A stretch of DNA of 64,000 bases from assembly GCA_900319385.1 (NCBI GenBank), contig ONOG01000010.1, forward strand, positions 17,022 through 81,021. The letters are read 5' to 3'. Position 1 is the first letter of the stretch. Each line of letters begins with the position of its first letter. Shown here in pieces: positions 19,090 to 28,782 of this stretch. The notes under the pieces are model-generated. The model was not told the origin of the DNA and ran no database searches. It worked only from the letters and a program-made list of their open reading frames with translations. Origin of the DNA: an uncultured Prevotellaceae bacterium (GTDB lineage: Bacteria; Bacteroidota; Bacteroidia; Bacteroidales; Bacteroidaceae). Both the position numbers and the translations under genes were made by a program.

Positions 19090-19990
19090 TGATGGCAGTG
19101 CCCTTCAGCTGCCTGACCACAGTCTTGGCCGTATCCTTGGGATTGATCGTTTCGGTGAGGTCGAACTGCACGTTGTAGAGCGTGCCGTCGGGGTTCAGCA
19201 TCTTCTGCACGTCGAAGTTCGAAGCCGTCAGCCGTTTGTCGTCCCGACCCTTGTGGAAGTGCTCCATATAGGCGATGATGTCCTCGTGCAGGGGATTGGG
19301 TTTGCCGATGTAGGACGAGATCACATCCGAGAGCGTGGCCACGAGCCCCTCTTCGTCATACAGCTGCATCGCCTCGAAGTGGTTGCGGATGCAGTCCGAA
19401 GCCAGCTTCGCCTCCTCCTCGCTGGCAGCCTGCTTGCCCACCCTCTTCAGCGCCTCGTGGGCCGCTTTGGCAAATCGGCTGTCGGGATGCTGCTCCAGGT
19501 AGTCGAGCAGGGCATCCTCCGTCTGCGCCTCGAGTGCAAGCACAAATTCGAGTGAGTCCTGCAGTCGGAGGGCATCCCGTCGATAGAAACCGTCGGGGTA
19601 TTCCTCAAGATAGGCATCGAGGGCCTGCACAGCCCTCTCCGTGTCGTAGCCATCGTCGGCGATGCGCTCGAAGCGGTCGCGTTCGTTCCGCAGTCGGTCG
19701 CGCAGCGTTCGGGCATCCTCGGCATAGCGTCCGTCGGTGTATGTCCAAAGGTAGGCATCGAGGGCAGCGTCGAGCGAGTCGAGTTGCGCAGCTGCCTGAA
19801 ACTGGGTGACGCGGTTCCAGGCATCCTGTTCCGTCAATTCCGTGCCGCGCGTCAAGCTCAGCACGGCATAGGCGATGCCACCCAGGACGACAGCCGCCAG
19901 CACAGCTGCCCAGAGCCATTTGTTCCGCAAGAAGCGGCGTGGGGAACTCGTTTTCCCCTTAGCGAAATGAGTTTTATCTTCCTCCATCAT
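19067..19990 (-). CDS. single-pass membrane protein with three LDAYLxxYPDGxY helical repeats, unknown function
   Basis: N-terminal TM WLWAAVLAAVVLGGIAYAVLSL. Repeats LDAALDAYLWTYTDGRYAEDA / VQALDAYLEEYPDGFYRRDA / LLDYLEQHPDSRFAKAA. No family recognised. Confidence 0.6.
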   Translation of the reverse strand: MMEEDKTHFAKGKTSSPRRFLRNKWLWAAVLAAVVLGGIAYAVLSLTRGTELTEQDAWNRVTQFQAAAQLDSLDAALDAYLWTYTDGRYAEDARTLRDRLRNERDRFERIADDGYDTERAVQALDAYLEEYPDGFYRRDALRLQDSLEFVLALEAQTEDALLDYLEQHPDSRFAKAAHEALKRVGKQAASEEEAKLASDCIRNHFEAMQLYDEEGLVATLSDVISSYIGKPNPLHEDIIAYMEHFHKGRDDKRLTASNFDVQKMLNPDGTLYNVQFDLTETINPKDTAKTVVRQLKGTAIKKLKIKN

Positions 19991-20061
19991 AGCAGTAAGA
20001 TTTCTTTTAGTGAATCAACATTTAGGAGTGGCGCAGCTCGGCAGAGCCGGCTTTCGTGCTA

Positions 20062-20069
20062 CAAAGTTA
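20062..20069 (-). promoter_or_regulatory. candidate -7 box (TAACTTTG) for the 19067-19990 gene
   Basis: TAnnTTTG on the minus strand, 72 bp upstream of the ATG. Confidence 0.35.
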
Positions 20070-20208
20070 CGAAAAACAATGCATACAGCGAAGCAATCAG
20101 ACGCTTATTTCCACCATTTCATCATTTTTTAATATAAGAATGGAATTATTTTGGCTTTACCCAAAGAAAATATCGTCGAAATCATTTCTTGTTTTACAAG
20201 TTAATTTG

Positions 20209-20216
20209 TAACTTTG
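20209..20216 (+). promoter_or_regulatory. candidate -7 box (TAACTTTG) for the S9 peptidase gene
   Basis: TAnnTTTG 37 bp upstream of the ATG at 20253. Confidence 0.4.
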
Positions 20217-20252
20217 CGCTATGTATCATTCTATTCTCTCTCTCTTATCAAC

Positions 20253-22577
20253 ATGAACAAGACTCTCTTCGCATCGGTTCTGATGCTCCTGACGTCCCTG
20301 CCGGCTCTGGCTCAGGGCTCCGTCGATGACTACAAGCGTGCCTACGGTATCCGTAACAAGTATTCCGGCAAGATGACTCACGGCGACGTGCAGGCTCACC
20401 GCCAGGGCGACGAGCACTCGTTCTGGTATTCCGTCTGGAACGGCGACAGCACGCAGTACAAGCAGGTGAATGCCGAAACGGGCGAGGTGACCCTCCTGCC
20501 TGGCAACCCCGAGCGCGACGGACAGAACCGCCGGCAGTGGGGCCGACAAGCTGGCGAACGGGAAGAGGATGCCGCAAAGAGCGTGCCCGTGAGGGTGAAC
20601 CACGAGGTGACCCGCCACTCGCGTCAGCGCCACTGGATGGAGACGGGCGACGAGAAAAGCGGCTGGCAGACTTCGCCGGATAAGAAGTTCAGCATCTTCC
20701 ACAAGCAGAACAACCTGTGGGTGATGAACAACCCCGAACCTCGGCCGGCTGAGGCGGCTTCGGCCGACGAGCCCCGCATCGACCAACACCCCATCGACTC
20801 GGAGCGTCCGCTGACTACCGACGGCACCGACTCGTGCTACTACAGCGGATGGGGCACGTTCTCGGACGACGGGAAATATTTCGCTACGACAAAAATCGTC
20901 CCTGCCCCCAAGCACTATGTCTATTATGTCGAGGCTGTGCCCAGCGGCGACATCGAGAAGCTGGGTCGCAGCAACCACCCGAACGTGAGCCGGAGCGTGG
21001 GCGAACTGACCCAGTGGGAGACGGGCGGCGGTGTGCGCGGCGTGCAACCAGTGCTGCATAAGCAGGAGTATCGCAAGCCTGGCGACACACTCGACTTTCG
21101 CATCCCCGTCATCGTCGAAGTGGCGACGGGACGTGTGATCGAACCCTCGACCGAGCTGTTCGAAAGCCAGTATGAGGTGTCGCGTCCGGAATGGAATAAG
21201 GACATGAAAAGTGTGCGCTTTGAGTTCAACGAACGAGGTCACCACACCTACCGCCTGCTCGAACTCTCTGCCGAGACGGGACGTGTGCGCTGCATCCTCG
21301 AGGAGAAGAACGACAAGTATATCAACTACGGTCGCATCTTCCGCCACCACTTCGACGACGGACGACGGATGCTGTGGACGAGTGAGCGTGACGGGTGGAA
21401 TCATATCTACCTGTACGACAAGGAAAAGGCAAGGCTTGTCCGACAAATCACGAAGGGGCAATACTATGTGCGCGACGTCGTGCGAGTGGACGAGGAGAAA
21501 GGGGTGATTTACTTCACCGCCAATGGTCCTACGGGACTGCGACAGAACGAGCAGGAGGACCCCTATCTCATCCATTACTACAAAGTGGGGCTGAACGGCA
21601 AGGGGCTCACTTGCCTCACACCCGAGGAGGGTAACCACCGCGCCACCTTCACCAGCGACATGGCGTACCTCATCGACACCTACTCCACCGTCACCACGCC
21701 ACCAGTCAGCGTGCTGCGCTCTGCGGACGACGGACATGTCATCAAGGTGCTCGAACAGGCCAACATCGACCGTCTGGTGGCGCAGGGCTGGAAAGCGCCG
21801 GAGGTGTTTGTGGCGAAGGGTCGCGACGGCGTGACCGACATCTGGGGACTCATCCAGCGTCCATCAAACTTCGACCCGTCGAAGAGGTATCCTGTCATTG
21901 AATACATCTACAGCGGTCCTGGCGACCAGTACGTACCGAAATCGTTTACTCCATGGCTCTACAACCTGGCTGACTTGGCCGAACTGGGATTCATCGTGGT
22001 CCAGATGGACGGCATGACTACCTCGTTCCGAAGCCGTGCCTTCGAGGAGGTGTGCTACAAGAACCTGAAGGACTCGGGATTTCCCGACCGCATGCTGTGG
22101 ATCAAGGCTGCCGGCGCGAAGTATCCCTACATGGACATCGACCGTGTGGGCATCTACGGATGCTCGGCCGGCGGTCAGGAGGCTCTGGCTGCCGTTCTCT
22201 TCCACGGCGACTTCTACAAGGCTGCCTACTCGGCTTGCGGATGCCACGACAACCGCATGGACAAGATTTGGTGGAACGAGCAGTGGATGTCCTATCCCAT
22301 CGACTCGAGCTATGTGGAATGTTCCAATGTCGAGAATGCCTACCGCCTCGAACGTCCGCTCATGCTCGTGGTGGGCGAACAGGACGACAATGTCGATCCT
22401 GCCTCGACGATGCAGGTGGCAGATGCCCTGATCAAGGCTGGCAAGGACTTCGAACTCGTCGTCATTCCTGGTGCTCACCACACGATGGGTGAGAGCTATG
22501 GCGAACACAAACGCTACGATTTCTTCGTCAAGAATCTGCTGGGAGTCAACCCTCCGAAATGGAGCGAACTGCGATAA
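20253..22577 (+). CDS. S9-family serine peptidase (dipeptidyl-peptidase IV-like beta-propeller plus alpha/beta hydrolase)
   Basis: Signal peptide MNKTLFASVLMLLTSLPALAQG (ATG 20253), nucleophile elbow GCSAGG, C-terminal DDNVD...GAHH catalytic Asp/His contexts. Confidence 0.85.
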   Translation: MNKTLFASVLMLLTSLPALAQGSVDDYKRAYGIRNKYSGKMTHGDVQAHRQGDEHSFWYSVWNGDSTQYKQVNAETGEVTLLPGNPERDGQNRRQWGRQAGEREEDAAKSVPVRVNHEVTRHSRQRHWMETGDEKSGWQTSPDKKFSIFHKQNNLWVMNNPEPRPAEAASADEPRIDQHPIDSERPLTTDGTDSCYYSGWGTFSDDGKYFATTKIVPAPKHYVYYVEAVPSGDIEKLGRSNHPNVSRSVGELTQWETGGGVRGVQPVLHKQEYRKPGDTLDFRIPVIVEVATGRVIEPSTELFESQYEVSRPEWNKDMKSVRFEFNERGHHTYRLLELSAETGRVRCILEEKNDKYINYGRIFRHHFDDGRRMLWTSERDGWNHIYLYDKEKARLVRQITKGQYYVRDVVRVDEEKGVIYFTANGPTGLRQNEQEDPYLIHYYKVGLNGKGLTCLTPEEGNHRATFTSDMAYLIDTYSTVTTPPVSVLRSADDGHVIKVLEQANIDRLVAQGWKAPEVFVAKGRDGVTDIWGLIQRPSNFDPSKRYPVIEYIYSGPGDQYVPKSFTPWLYNLADLAELGFIVVQMDGMTTSFRSRAFEEVCYKNLKDSGFPDRMLWIKAAGAKYPYMDIDRVGIYGCSAGGQEALAAVLFHGDFYKAAYSACGCHDNRMDKIWWNEQWMSYPIDSSYVECSNVENAYRLERPLMLVVGEQDDNVDPASTMQVADALIKAGKDFELVVIPGAHHTMGESYGEHKRYDFFVKNLLGVNPPKWSELR

Positions 22578-22588
22578 AAGTGAAATGT

Positions 22589-22614
22589 TAAAAATTAAAA
22601 ATTAAAAATTAAAA
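22589..22614. repeat. (AAAAATT)n heptamer repeat (reverse complement of the 19020 repeat unit)
   Basis: taaaaattaaaaattaaaaattaaaa immediately after the S9 peptidase stop. Confidence 0.85.
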
Positions 22615-22629
22615 GCCTCCCGATTTGGA

Positions 22630-22661
22630 CTCCCCCTCTATAGGAGGGGGTTGAGGGGGAG
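22630..22661 (+). terminator. G/C-rich hairpin after the S9 peptidase gene
   Basis: ccccctc-tatag-gaggggg, with alternative pairing ctccccct/agggggag. Only a weak T-tract follows. Confidence 0.4.
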
Positions 22662-22678
22662 ACTTCTTTCAATTCTTA

Positions 22679-24049
22679 ATGACGAATAGCACGAAGGAAC
22701 TCGGTACAGAACCGATTGGGCGATTGCTGATGCGCTATGCCGTGCCGGCAGTGATTGCCATGACGGCTTCCAGCCTCTACAACATTGTCGATCGCATCTT
22801 CATCGGACACATCGGCGAGGCAAGCGAAGGAGCATTGGCTCTGTCGGGACTTGCCGTCACCTTCCCCATCATGAACCTATCGGCAGCCTTCGGCGCCATG
22901 GTCGGCGTGGGTGGTTCGACACTCATCAGTGTGAAGCTCGGACAACGTGACGACACGACTGCCCAGCGAGTGTTGGGCAACGTGGTGACGCTCAACATCA
23001 TTGTCGGCATCGCGATTGGCATCTTGGGCTTGCTGTTCATCGACCCCCTGCTCTACTTCTTTGGTGCCAGTGAAAACTCGTTGAGCTATGCCCGCGAGTA
23101 TATGTTCGTCATCCTGCTCGGCAATGTCGTCACACACCTCTACCTCGGACTCAATGCTGCCCTGCGATCGACTGGGCACCCCACCATCGCCATGACAGCC
23201 ACCATCGCCACGGTCATTGTCAACTCGGTGCTCGACCCCCTGTTTATCTTCTCCTTCGGCATGGGCATCCGTGGAGCAGCCATCGCAACCATCCTGTCAC
23301 AGGTGTTTGCACTCGCCTATGTATGGGTGTTCCTGAGCCGACCCTCCGAGCTTGTGCACCTGCAACGCGGCATCTACGGCTTGCGTCAACGCATTGTCAA
23401 GAACATCCTGCAGATTGGACTTTCGCCCTTCTGCATGCAACTCTGTGCCTGCCTCGTCGTCATCCTCATCAACAAGGGATTACAACGCCATGGCGGTGAC
23501 CTCGCCATTGCAGCCTACGGCATAGTCAACGGCATCACCTTCCTCTTTGTCATGGTGGTGCTGGGCATCACGCAAGGAATGCAACCCATTGCCGGCTACA
23601 ACTACGGAGCGCAGAAATATGAACGTGTGGGTCAGGTGCTGCGCTACAGCATTCTCTATGCCACACTGGTGATGTGCTGCTCATTCGTCATCTGCGAATT
23701 TATCCCTCACCTGCCAGTCCTGCTCTTCACCTCCGACCCTGCTCTCACCCAACTGACCATCGACGGCATGCGCATCATCGTTTCGATGTCGCCGCTTGTG
23801 GGATTCCAGATTGTCGTGGGCAACTTCTTCCAAAGCATCGGCATGGCGAAGAAGAGCATCTTACTCAGCGTGAGTCGCCAGCTGCTCTTCCTCGTCCCCT
23901 TCCTCCTCATCTTCCCCGAGATTTGGGGAACGAATGGCGTGTGGCTCAGCATTGCTGTCAGCGACCTGATCAGTGTCATCACCGCAGCCAGTATGCTCTG
24001 GCACTTCTATCGGACAGGAGGCATCACCCGTTCGTCCATTAGCATTTAA
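22679..24049 (+). CDS. MATE-family efflux transporter
   Basis: 456 aa, 12 hydrophobic segments, N-terminal LLMRYAVPAVIAMTASSLYNIVDRIFIG typical of MATE (NorM/DinF) proteins. Confidence 0.85.
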   Translation: MTNSTKELGTEPIGRLLMRYAVPAVIAMTASSLYNIVDRIFIGHIGEASEGALALSGLAVTFPIMNLSAAFGAMVGVGGSTLISVKLGQRDDTTAQRVLGNVVTLNIIVGIAIGILGLLFIDPLLYFFGASENSLSYAREYMFVILLGNVVTHLYLGLNAALRSTGHPTIAMTATIATVIVNSVLDPLFIFSFGMGIRGAAIATILSQVFALAYVWVFLSRPSELVHLQRGIYGLRQRIVKNILQIGLSPFCMQLCACLVVILINKGLQRHGGDLAIAAYGIVNGITFLFVMVVLGITQGMQPIAGYNYGAQKYERVGQVLRYSILYATLVMCCSFVICEFIPHLPVLLFTSDPALTQLTIDGMRIIVSMSPLVGFQIVVGNFFQSIGMAKKSILLSVSRQLLFLVPFLLIFPEIWGTNGVWLSIAVSDLISVITAASMLWHFYRTGGITRSSISI

Positions 24050-24076
24050 CCAAACTAATCTTAATAATAACTGATT

Positions 24077-24703
24077 ATGGAAAATTATGTGATTACCATC
24101 GGCCGCGAACTAGGCAGCGGCGGAAAGTCCATCGGCGAAATGATGGCCAAAGAACTCGGAATTCCTGTCTATGACCGCCGTCTCATCATGATGGCTGCCC
24201 AGGAAAGCGGACTCGCTCCCGAAGTGTTTGAAAAGGCAGACGAAACACCTGGTAAAGGCCTCATGTCGCACATCCTGCGCGGACTTTCCACCCCCTTCGC
24301 TTCGTTCAACAGCCTCTACAACAATTCGATGTCGAAAGAATCCCTCTTCCAGGTGCAGGCCGACATCATCCGGCAGAAAGCTGCGCAGGAAAGTTGCATC
24401 ATCGTCGGACGATGCTCCGACTACATCCTGAGAGAACATCCACGCCACCTCGACATCTTTGTACGGGCTAACTACGAAGATCGTGTCGCACAACTGATGC
24501 GTCGCCATCAGTGCACCGACAAGGAGGCGAAGGAACTCATCGAGCGGATCGACGAAATGCGCAGCGAATACCACAACTTCTACGCCGAAACGAACTGGGG
24601 TGACAGCCGAGCCTACGACATCTGTGTCAACTCCTCCATTCTCGGCATCGAAGGTACGGCCGAACTCCTCCTGAGTTTTGTCCGTAAAGCACTGAACCTG
24701 TGA
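24077..24703 (+). CDS. cytidylate kinase-like family protein
   Basis: ITIGRELGSGGKSIG P-loop variant, 208 aa. Typical Bacteroidales cytidylate-kinase-like protein of unknown substrate. Confidence 0.7.
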   Translation: MENYVITIGRELGSGGKSIGEMMAKELGIPVYDRRLIMMAAQESGLAPEVFEKADETPGKGLMSHILRGLSTPFASFNSLYNNSMSKESLFQVQADIIRQKAAQESCIIVGRCSDYILREHPRHLDIFVRANYEDRVAQLMRRHQCTDKEAKELIERIDEMRSEYHNFYAETNWGDSRAYDICVNSSILGIEGTAELLLSFVRKALNL

Positions 24704-24811
24704 CATTAAAACTATGTTACACAGGTAATAAAGGTGCGCCTGCATTCGTTATTGATAATGTTATTTAGTAACGCATTTTTTGTTTAACTTTTAATTATTT
24801 TTCAATTCAAC

Positions 24812-25465
24812 ATGAAAAAGCTTTATGCTATTGTGGCTGCCGTTGCAGCCCTCTCGTTCACCGCATGCGGTAACAAGACACAGAACACAGCCGAGTGCGA
24901 CTCGACATGTACCGAAGCTTGCACCTGCGCTCCCTGCGAGTGCGAGACTTGCAAGTGCGGAGAAGAGTGCTGCGAAGCCGCTGCTCCCACCACAGCTGCC
25001 CTTGCTGAAGCCGTCGAGGCTAAAGATGCTAACACGCTGCAAAGCAAGATTGAAGAATTCAAGGCTTACATCCAGAAGCTCATCGACGAAGGCAAGGCCG
25101 AAGAAGCCAGCAAACTGGCTGAACAGCTCAAGCAGTTTGTTGCTGAGAACAAGGAGAAAATTGCTGAATTCACTGCCGGAAACGAAACTGTCAGCGCTCT
25201 CGTCAACAAAGTGGCTGAAATGCCTACCGACGTCGCTGCTCTGGCCAGCTCACTCGGCCTGCAGGTGAAGGATGCTGCCGCTGGTGCTGCAGACGCCGTT
25301 GAAGGTGCTGCTGCCGGCGCTGCTGCCGCTGCTCAGCAGAAGGTAGAAAACGTGAAGGCTGATGCTGCTCAGAAGGCCAACGAGGCTGTCGAGGCTGGCA
25401 AGCAGAAGGCCAGCGATGCTATCGACAACGCTGCTGCCGACGTCAAGGGCAAGCTGGGTCTCTAA
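24812..25465 (+). CDS. lipoprotein with a 10-Cys metallothionein-like module and an Ala/Glu/Lys-rich helical tail
   Basis: Lipobox LSFTAC. Residues 29-54 are CDSTCTEACTCAPCECETCKCGEECC. The remaining about 160 aa are Cys-free, A/E/K/Q-rich and low complexity. Confidence 0.7.
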   Translation: MKKLYAIVAAVAALSFTACGNKTQNTAECDSTCTEACTCAPCECETCKCGEECCEAAAPTTAALAEAVEAKDANTLQSKIEEFKAYIQKLIDEGKAEEASKLAEQLKQFVAENKEKIAEFTAGNETVSALVNKVAEMPTDVAALASSLGLQVKDAAAGAADAVEGAAAGAAAAAQQKVENVKADAAQKANEAVEAGKQKASDAIDNAAADVKGKLGL

Positions 25466-25486
25466 TCCCCTACCCCATATTAAAAT

Positions 25487-25522
25487 AAAATCCGCTGTTA
25501 CATCGGTGTGGCAGCGGATTTT
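25487..25522. terminator. bidirectional rho-independent terminator between convergent genes
   Basis: aaaatccgctg-(14 nt loop)-cagcggatttt, with A-tract and T-tract flanks. Confidence 0.7.
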
Positions 25523-25546
25523 TTGTATTGTTGCGGCGTTAGTTTG

Positions 25547-26836
25547 CTATTTTTTGCCGAATTCTTCGTCTATCTTAATCAGCGCAGCTACGGCGAAGGT
25601 GATGGCGCAGAATGCCATGACGATGATGAAGAAGGTGTGGTAGCCCACCATGTCCTTCAGCCAGCCACTCACCATACCAGGCAGCATCAAGCCCAAATAG
25701 CTGAGCCCCGTGCAGATGGCATAGTGACTTGTCTTGAACTCACCCTGACTGTAGTAGAGCATATAGAGCGTGAGAGCTGTAAAACCAAGTCCGTAGCCGA
25801 ATTGCTCGACGAACAGGCAGCTGCTGATGAGCCAAAGATTGGTGGGCAACGCTGCCGACATATATACATAGACGATGTCGGGCAACGTGATTGCCATCAC
25901 CATAGGCCACAGCCAGCGTTTCAGGCCGTCGCGACTGGCCAGCCATCCGCCGACGATACCGCCGAGCAACAGACCAATCAGCCCCACCGTACCATTGGCA
26001 AGACCTATCTCCTGCAGTGAAAGCCCAAGTCCACCTTCCGAGTTGGGACGCATGAGGAACGTAGCCGACATCTTCGTGAGCATAGCCTCCGGAAAGCGGT
26101 AGAGCAACAGGAAAAGCATGGCAAAGAGAGTGGCACGTGGTGGCATTTTCTGAAAGAACGTGACGAACATCTGCTTAATGCCTCGCCAAACTTCGCTGGC
26201 ATTGCTATCAAGGGTGCGATCGGCTGCTGGGCGGGGCATGATGTAGCGGTGCCACAACCATAGACCGATGAACAGGGCAGCGAGAAAGTAGAAAATGAGG
26301 CTCCAGGTGAAGGCGATGTCGCTACGGAAATGGACCTGCAGCACTCCAGCGACAGGTACTAACACGCCATTACCAAAGATGACGGCGATGCGATAGAACG
26401 TGTTGCGGATGCCGACAAACCATGCCTGCTGGTGCGAGGTCAGTTCGAGCATGTAGTAGCCATCGGCAGCGATGTCGTGGGTGGCACTGCTGAAAGCCAT
26501 GAGGAAGAAACAGAACATCGTTCCTTGGAACCAGAAAGGAGTTTTCAAGGTGAAAGCCACACCGGCCAGCGACGAACCCAGCAGAACCTGCATCAGCAGT
26601 ACCCACCAGCGTTTCGTCTTGAAGAGATCGACGAACGGACTCCACAGCGGCTTGATGACCCACGGAAGGCCCAGCCAACTGGTGTAAAGCGCAATCTCTG
26701 TGTCTTTCATCCCAAGCTGTGCGTACATATATACAGCCACCATCACGACAATCACATTGGGAAGTCCCTCACCGATATAGAGCGAAGGAATCCAAAGCCA
26801 AGGAGAAGTATGTTTCTCTGTTTTACGATTTTCCAT
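25547..26836 (-). CDS. ampG: AmpG-family MFS permease (muropeptide-type transporter)
   Basis: VIKPLWSPFVDLFKTKRWW and SSATHDIAADGYYM resemble the AmpG KxLWSPxxD and SASQDIxxD motifs. 429 aa. Confidence 0.75.
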   Translation of the reverse strand: MENRKTEKHTSPWLWIPSLYIGEGLPNVIVVMVAVYMYAQLGMKDTEIALYTSWLGLPWVIKPLWSPFVDLFKTKRWWVLLMQVLLGSSLAGVAFTLKTPFWFQGTMFCFFLMAFSSATHDIAADGYYMLELTSHQQAWFVGIRNTFYRIAVIFGNGVLVPVAGVLQVHFRSDIAFTWSLIFYFLAALFIGLWLWHRYIMPRPAADRTLDSNASEVWRGIKQMFVTFFQKMPPRATLFAMLFLLLYRFPEAMLTKMSATFLMRPNSEGGLGLSLQEIGLANGTVGLIGLLLGGIVGGWLASRDGLKRWLWPMVMAITLPDIVYVYMSAALPTNLWLISSCLFVEQFGYGLGFTALTLYMLYYSQGEFKTSHYAICTGLSYLGLMLPGMVSGWLKDMVGYHTFFIIVMAFCAITFAVAALIKIDEEFGKK

Positions 26837-27866
26837 AACCTTTTAAGATAATAGTATTTGGATAATAATGCTGAAGGATTTGGTCGTAGGTGAACCCCTG
26901 TTCTCCCATCACAGCCGCACCAATCTGGCATAGCCCGACGCCATGTCCCCAGCCACGTCCATGCAGGACAAAGCCTCCATCAGTCTTCTCCACATCGAAG
27001 GCAGAACTGTAGAGGTGACTTTCGCTCAATGCCCTACGGATGACAAGTTCCTTGCCAAGGACAACCGAAGCGTTGGTGCCTACAATCTTCAGTTGGCTGA
27101 TACGTCCCGAAGGGCCACGATGCAGAGGGATGAGATCGGTGATGGTACCAAAGTCAATACCTGTCTTTCGGCAAACCAATGCCGAGAGTTGCTCTTGTGA
27201 ATAGCTGACATCCCAGCGGTAGAAGTCCTGTGTTTCCTGATCATAACTATTGAGTACCTGATGCAGAATATGTGGGTCGTGGGTGTTGCAATACGGACAG
27301 GGGACAGATTGCAGATAAGGCACATCGTCACCTTCCCAGCAAGTAGAAAACAACTCAGTCTTTCCCCCACAACATTTCGAGTATCGGGTGTCGCAAATTG
27401 TTCCTTGGTAGGTCAGCACCTCGCCAGAGGTCTCTCGTACGGCTCGGATGGCATTGGGATTGGTGATGCGGTGCAAGCCTTGGTAGCGTTGGCAGTGGTC
27501 GTCGGCACAAACATCGAAGAGCTGGTGATCCTTCGGCGCAGCCATTGCCCAGCTGCGGGCAATCACAGCGTGCGCCTTGAGAAACTCCAACGAGGCTTCG
27601 GCACTCATCTCGCTGCTCACCACACTTTCCAAATAGTCTTCCAACGGCAACACATTCACAGCCCAGACACCCTCTTCGTCCTCCACAAATTGCAGTTCGC
27701 CACGAAACGTCTGATCTTCGTAGCGCTGCCAATGGAAGTTGATGCCGATGCACACACTCTTGATGGTAAAAGTGCCGTCGGCATGAAGTTGATAGGCGGG
27801 CTTATCCTTCGAATGCAGAATGCCTACACGGATGAATGGCTGCCTGTGTACGTCTTTATATTTCAC
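26823..27866 (-). CDS. SpoIID/LytB-domain protein (lytic transglycosylase / amidase enhancer family)
   Basis: GRGWGHGVGLCQIGAAVMGEQGFTYDQILQHYYPNT is the SpoIID signature. The only start is the GTG at 27866, inside a word repeat. Overlaps both neighbouring genes. Confidence 0.8.
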   Translation of the reverse strand: MKYKDVHRQPFIRVGILHSKDKPAYQLHADGTFTIKSVCIGINFHWQRYEDQTFRGELQFVEDEEGVWAVNVLPLEDYLESVVSSEMSAEASLEFLKAHAVIARSWAMAAPKDHQLFDVCADDHCQRYQGLHRITNPNAIRAVRETSGEVLTYQGTICDTRYSKCCGGKTELFSTCWEGDDVPYLQSVPCPYCNTHDPHILHQVLNSYDQETQDFYRWDVSYSQEQLSALVCRKTGIDFGTITDLIPLHRGPSGRISQLKIVGTNASVVLGKELVIRRALSESHLYSSAFDVEKTDGGFVLHGRGWGHGVGLCQIGAAVMGEQGFTYDQILQHYYPNTIILKGYGKS

Positions 27867-28782
27867 TTTTCACTTTTCGCTTATCGCTTTTAGCCTTGCC
27901 AACTTCTTGAAGGATTCCGACAGCCTTATCAGCAGTCATACGGTCATAATCCTCCTTTCGCGGCGTGATGATGAGCCCTGCCATGTCTAATGCACCAGGG
28001 CTGACGAGACACTGAGCGTCTCCATCAGCCGTGTAGCAAGCAGGACGATGTTTGGTGCGTGGAATGACAATGCTGACCCACTGTTTGTCGGCTTCCTCAA
28101 ACCAAGCGAGCAGGTTCATCATCGGTTCACCACTTTCCACGTCCATCGGAAGTCGATCATAGAGCGAAAGAAACAACCGTTCGCTTTCCTCTGCACTGCC
28201 AGCCACGATGCACCAAGCCTCGACACAATAATTGCTCAGCACATATATGCCGTCGGTTGTTGATTGCGGTCGATAGAAGAGATTGAAATCACGCTCCAGC
28301 GGCACCACAGCCCGTCGGCCTGCCTGGAAATGCAAATGATCAGGGGCAGAAGCACCGCAGCGAGGACCATTATAGAAGAGGAAAAGTCCTGTCAGTTGCT
28401 CCGCCATGTGCATCATGTCGATATAGGTTTGGCGGATGCGCTGCGGTTCGTGCACCATCGAGGGCAACGTGAAATGCAGCGGAAGTATGGGAAACGGATT
28501 GACAAGCAATTCATAGCGCCCATCGAGCAGAGGCAAAGCCTCTTGAACAGCAGGACGATTCGTGCTGCACAGGAAACATGGGCGCTCTGCAATCGTTTTC
28601 TTATCAATCTTTGCACCAGTCGAAACGATACGAGCCGGATTGAATTGCACAGCCAATGCAACCACTTCCGTTTCCAACACCTTCACCTTTACCCCACGAA
28701 GTGCCGCCACATTCTGCTGAGCCAAAGGCCAAGATTTCAGTTGTCTGTCGAAAAAGTCAACAGCCTCCCTACAGCCTTCCAT
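27856..28782 (-). CDS. DUF4922-like protein, GalT/HIT branch nucleotidyl-transferase or phosphorylase fold
   Basis: DHLHFQAG at residues 148-155 (28324-28338 encodes HLHFQ) matches the HxHxQ motif of GalT, Apa2 and GDP-L-galactose phosphorylase enzymes. Confidence 0.7.
   Translation of the reverse strand: MEGCREAVDFFDRQLKSWPLAQQNVAALRGVKVKVLETEVVALAVQFNPARIVSTGAKIDKKTIAERPCFLCSTNRPAVQEALPLLDGRYELLVNPFPILPLHFTLPSMVHEPQRIRQTYIDMMHMAEQLTGLFLFYNGPRCGASAPDHLHFQAGRRAVVPLERDFNLFYRPQSTTDGIYVLSNYCVEAWCIVAGSAEESERLFLSLYDRLPMDVESGEPMMNLLAWFEEADKQWVSIVIPRTKHRPACYTADGDAQCLVSPGALDMAGLIITPRKEDYDRMTADKAVGILQEVGKAKSDKRKVKSEI

Noticed and set aside
20226-21737. 503-aa ORF antisense to the S9 peptidase gene. 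Similar long antisense ORFs: 11349-12326, 12972-13778, 21864-22508, 15427-16329, 60058-61041, 43581-44450, 52588-53214, 53740-54402
   Set aside because: All lie opposite genes with strong motif support. Their translations are low-complexity (R/H/V/G-rich) with no motifs. Long stop-free antisense frames are expected opposite genes with GC-rich third positions.
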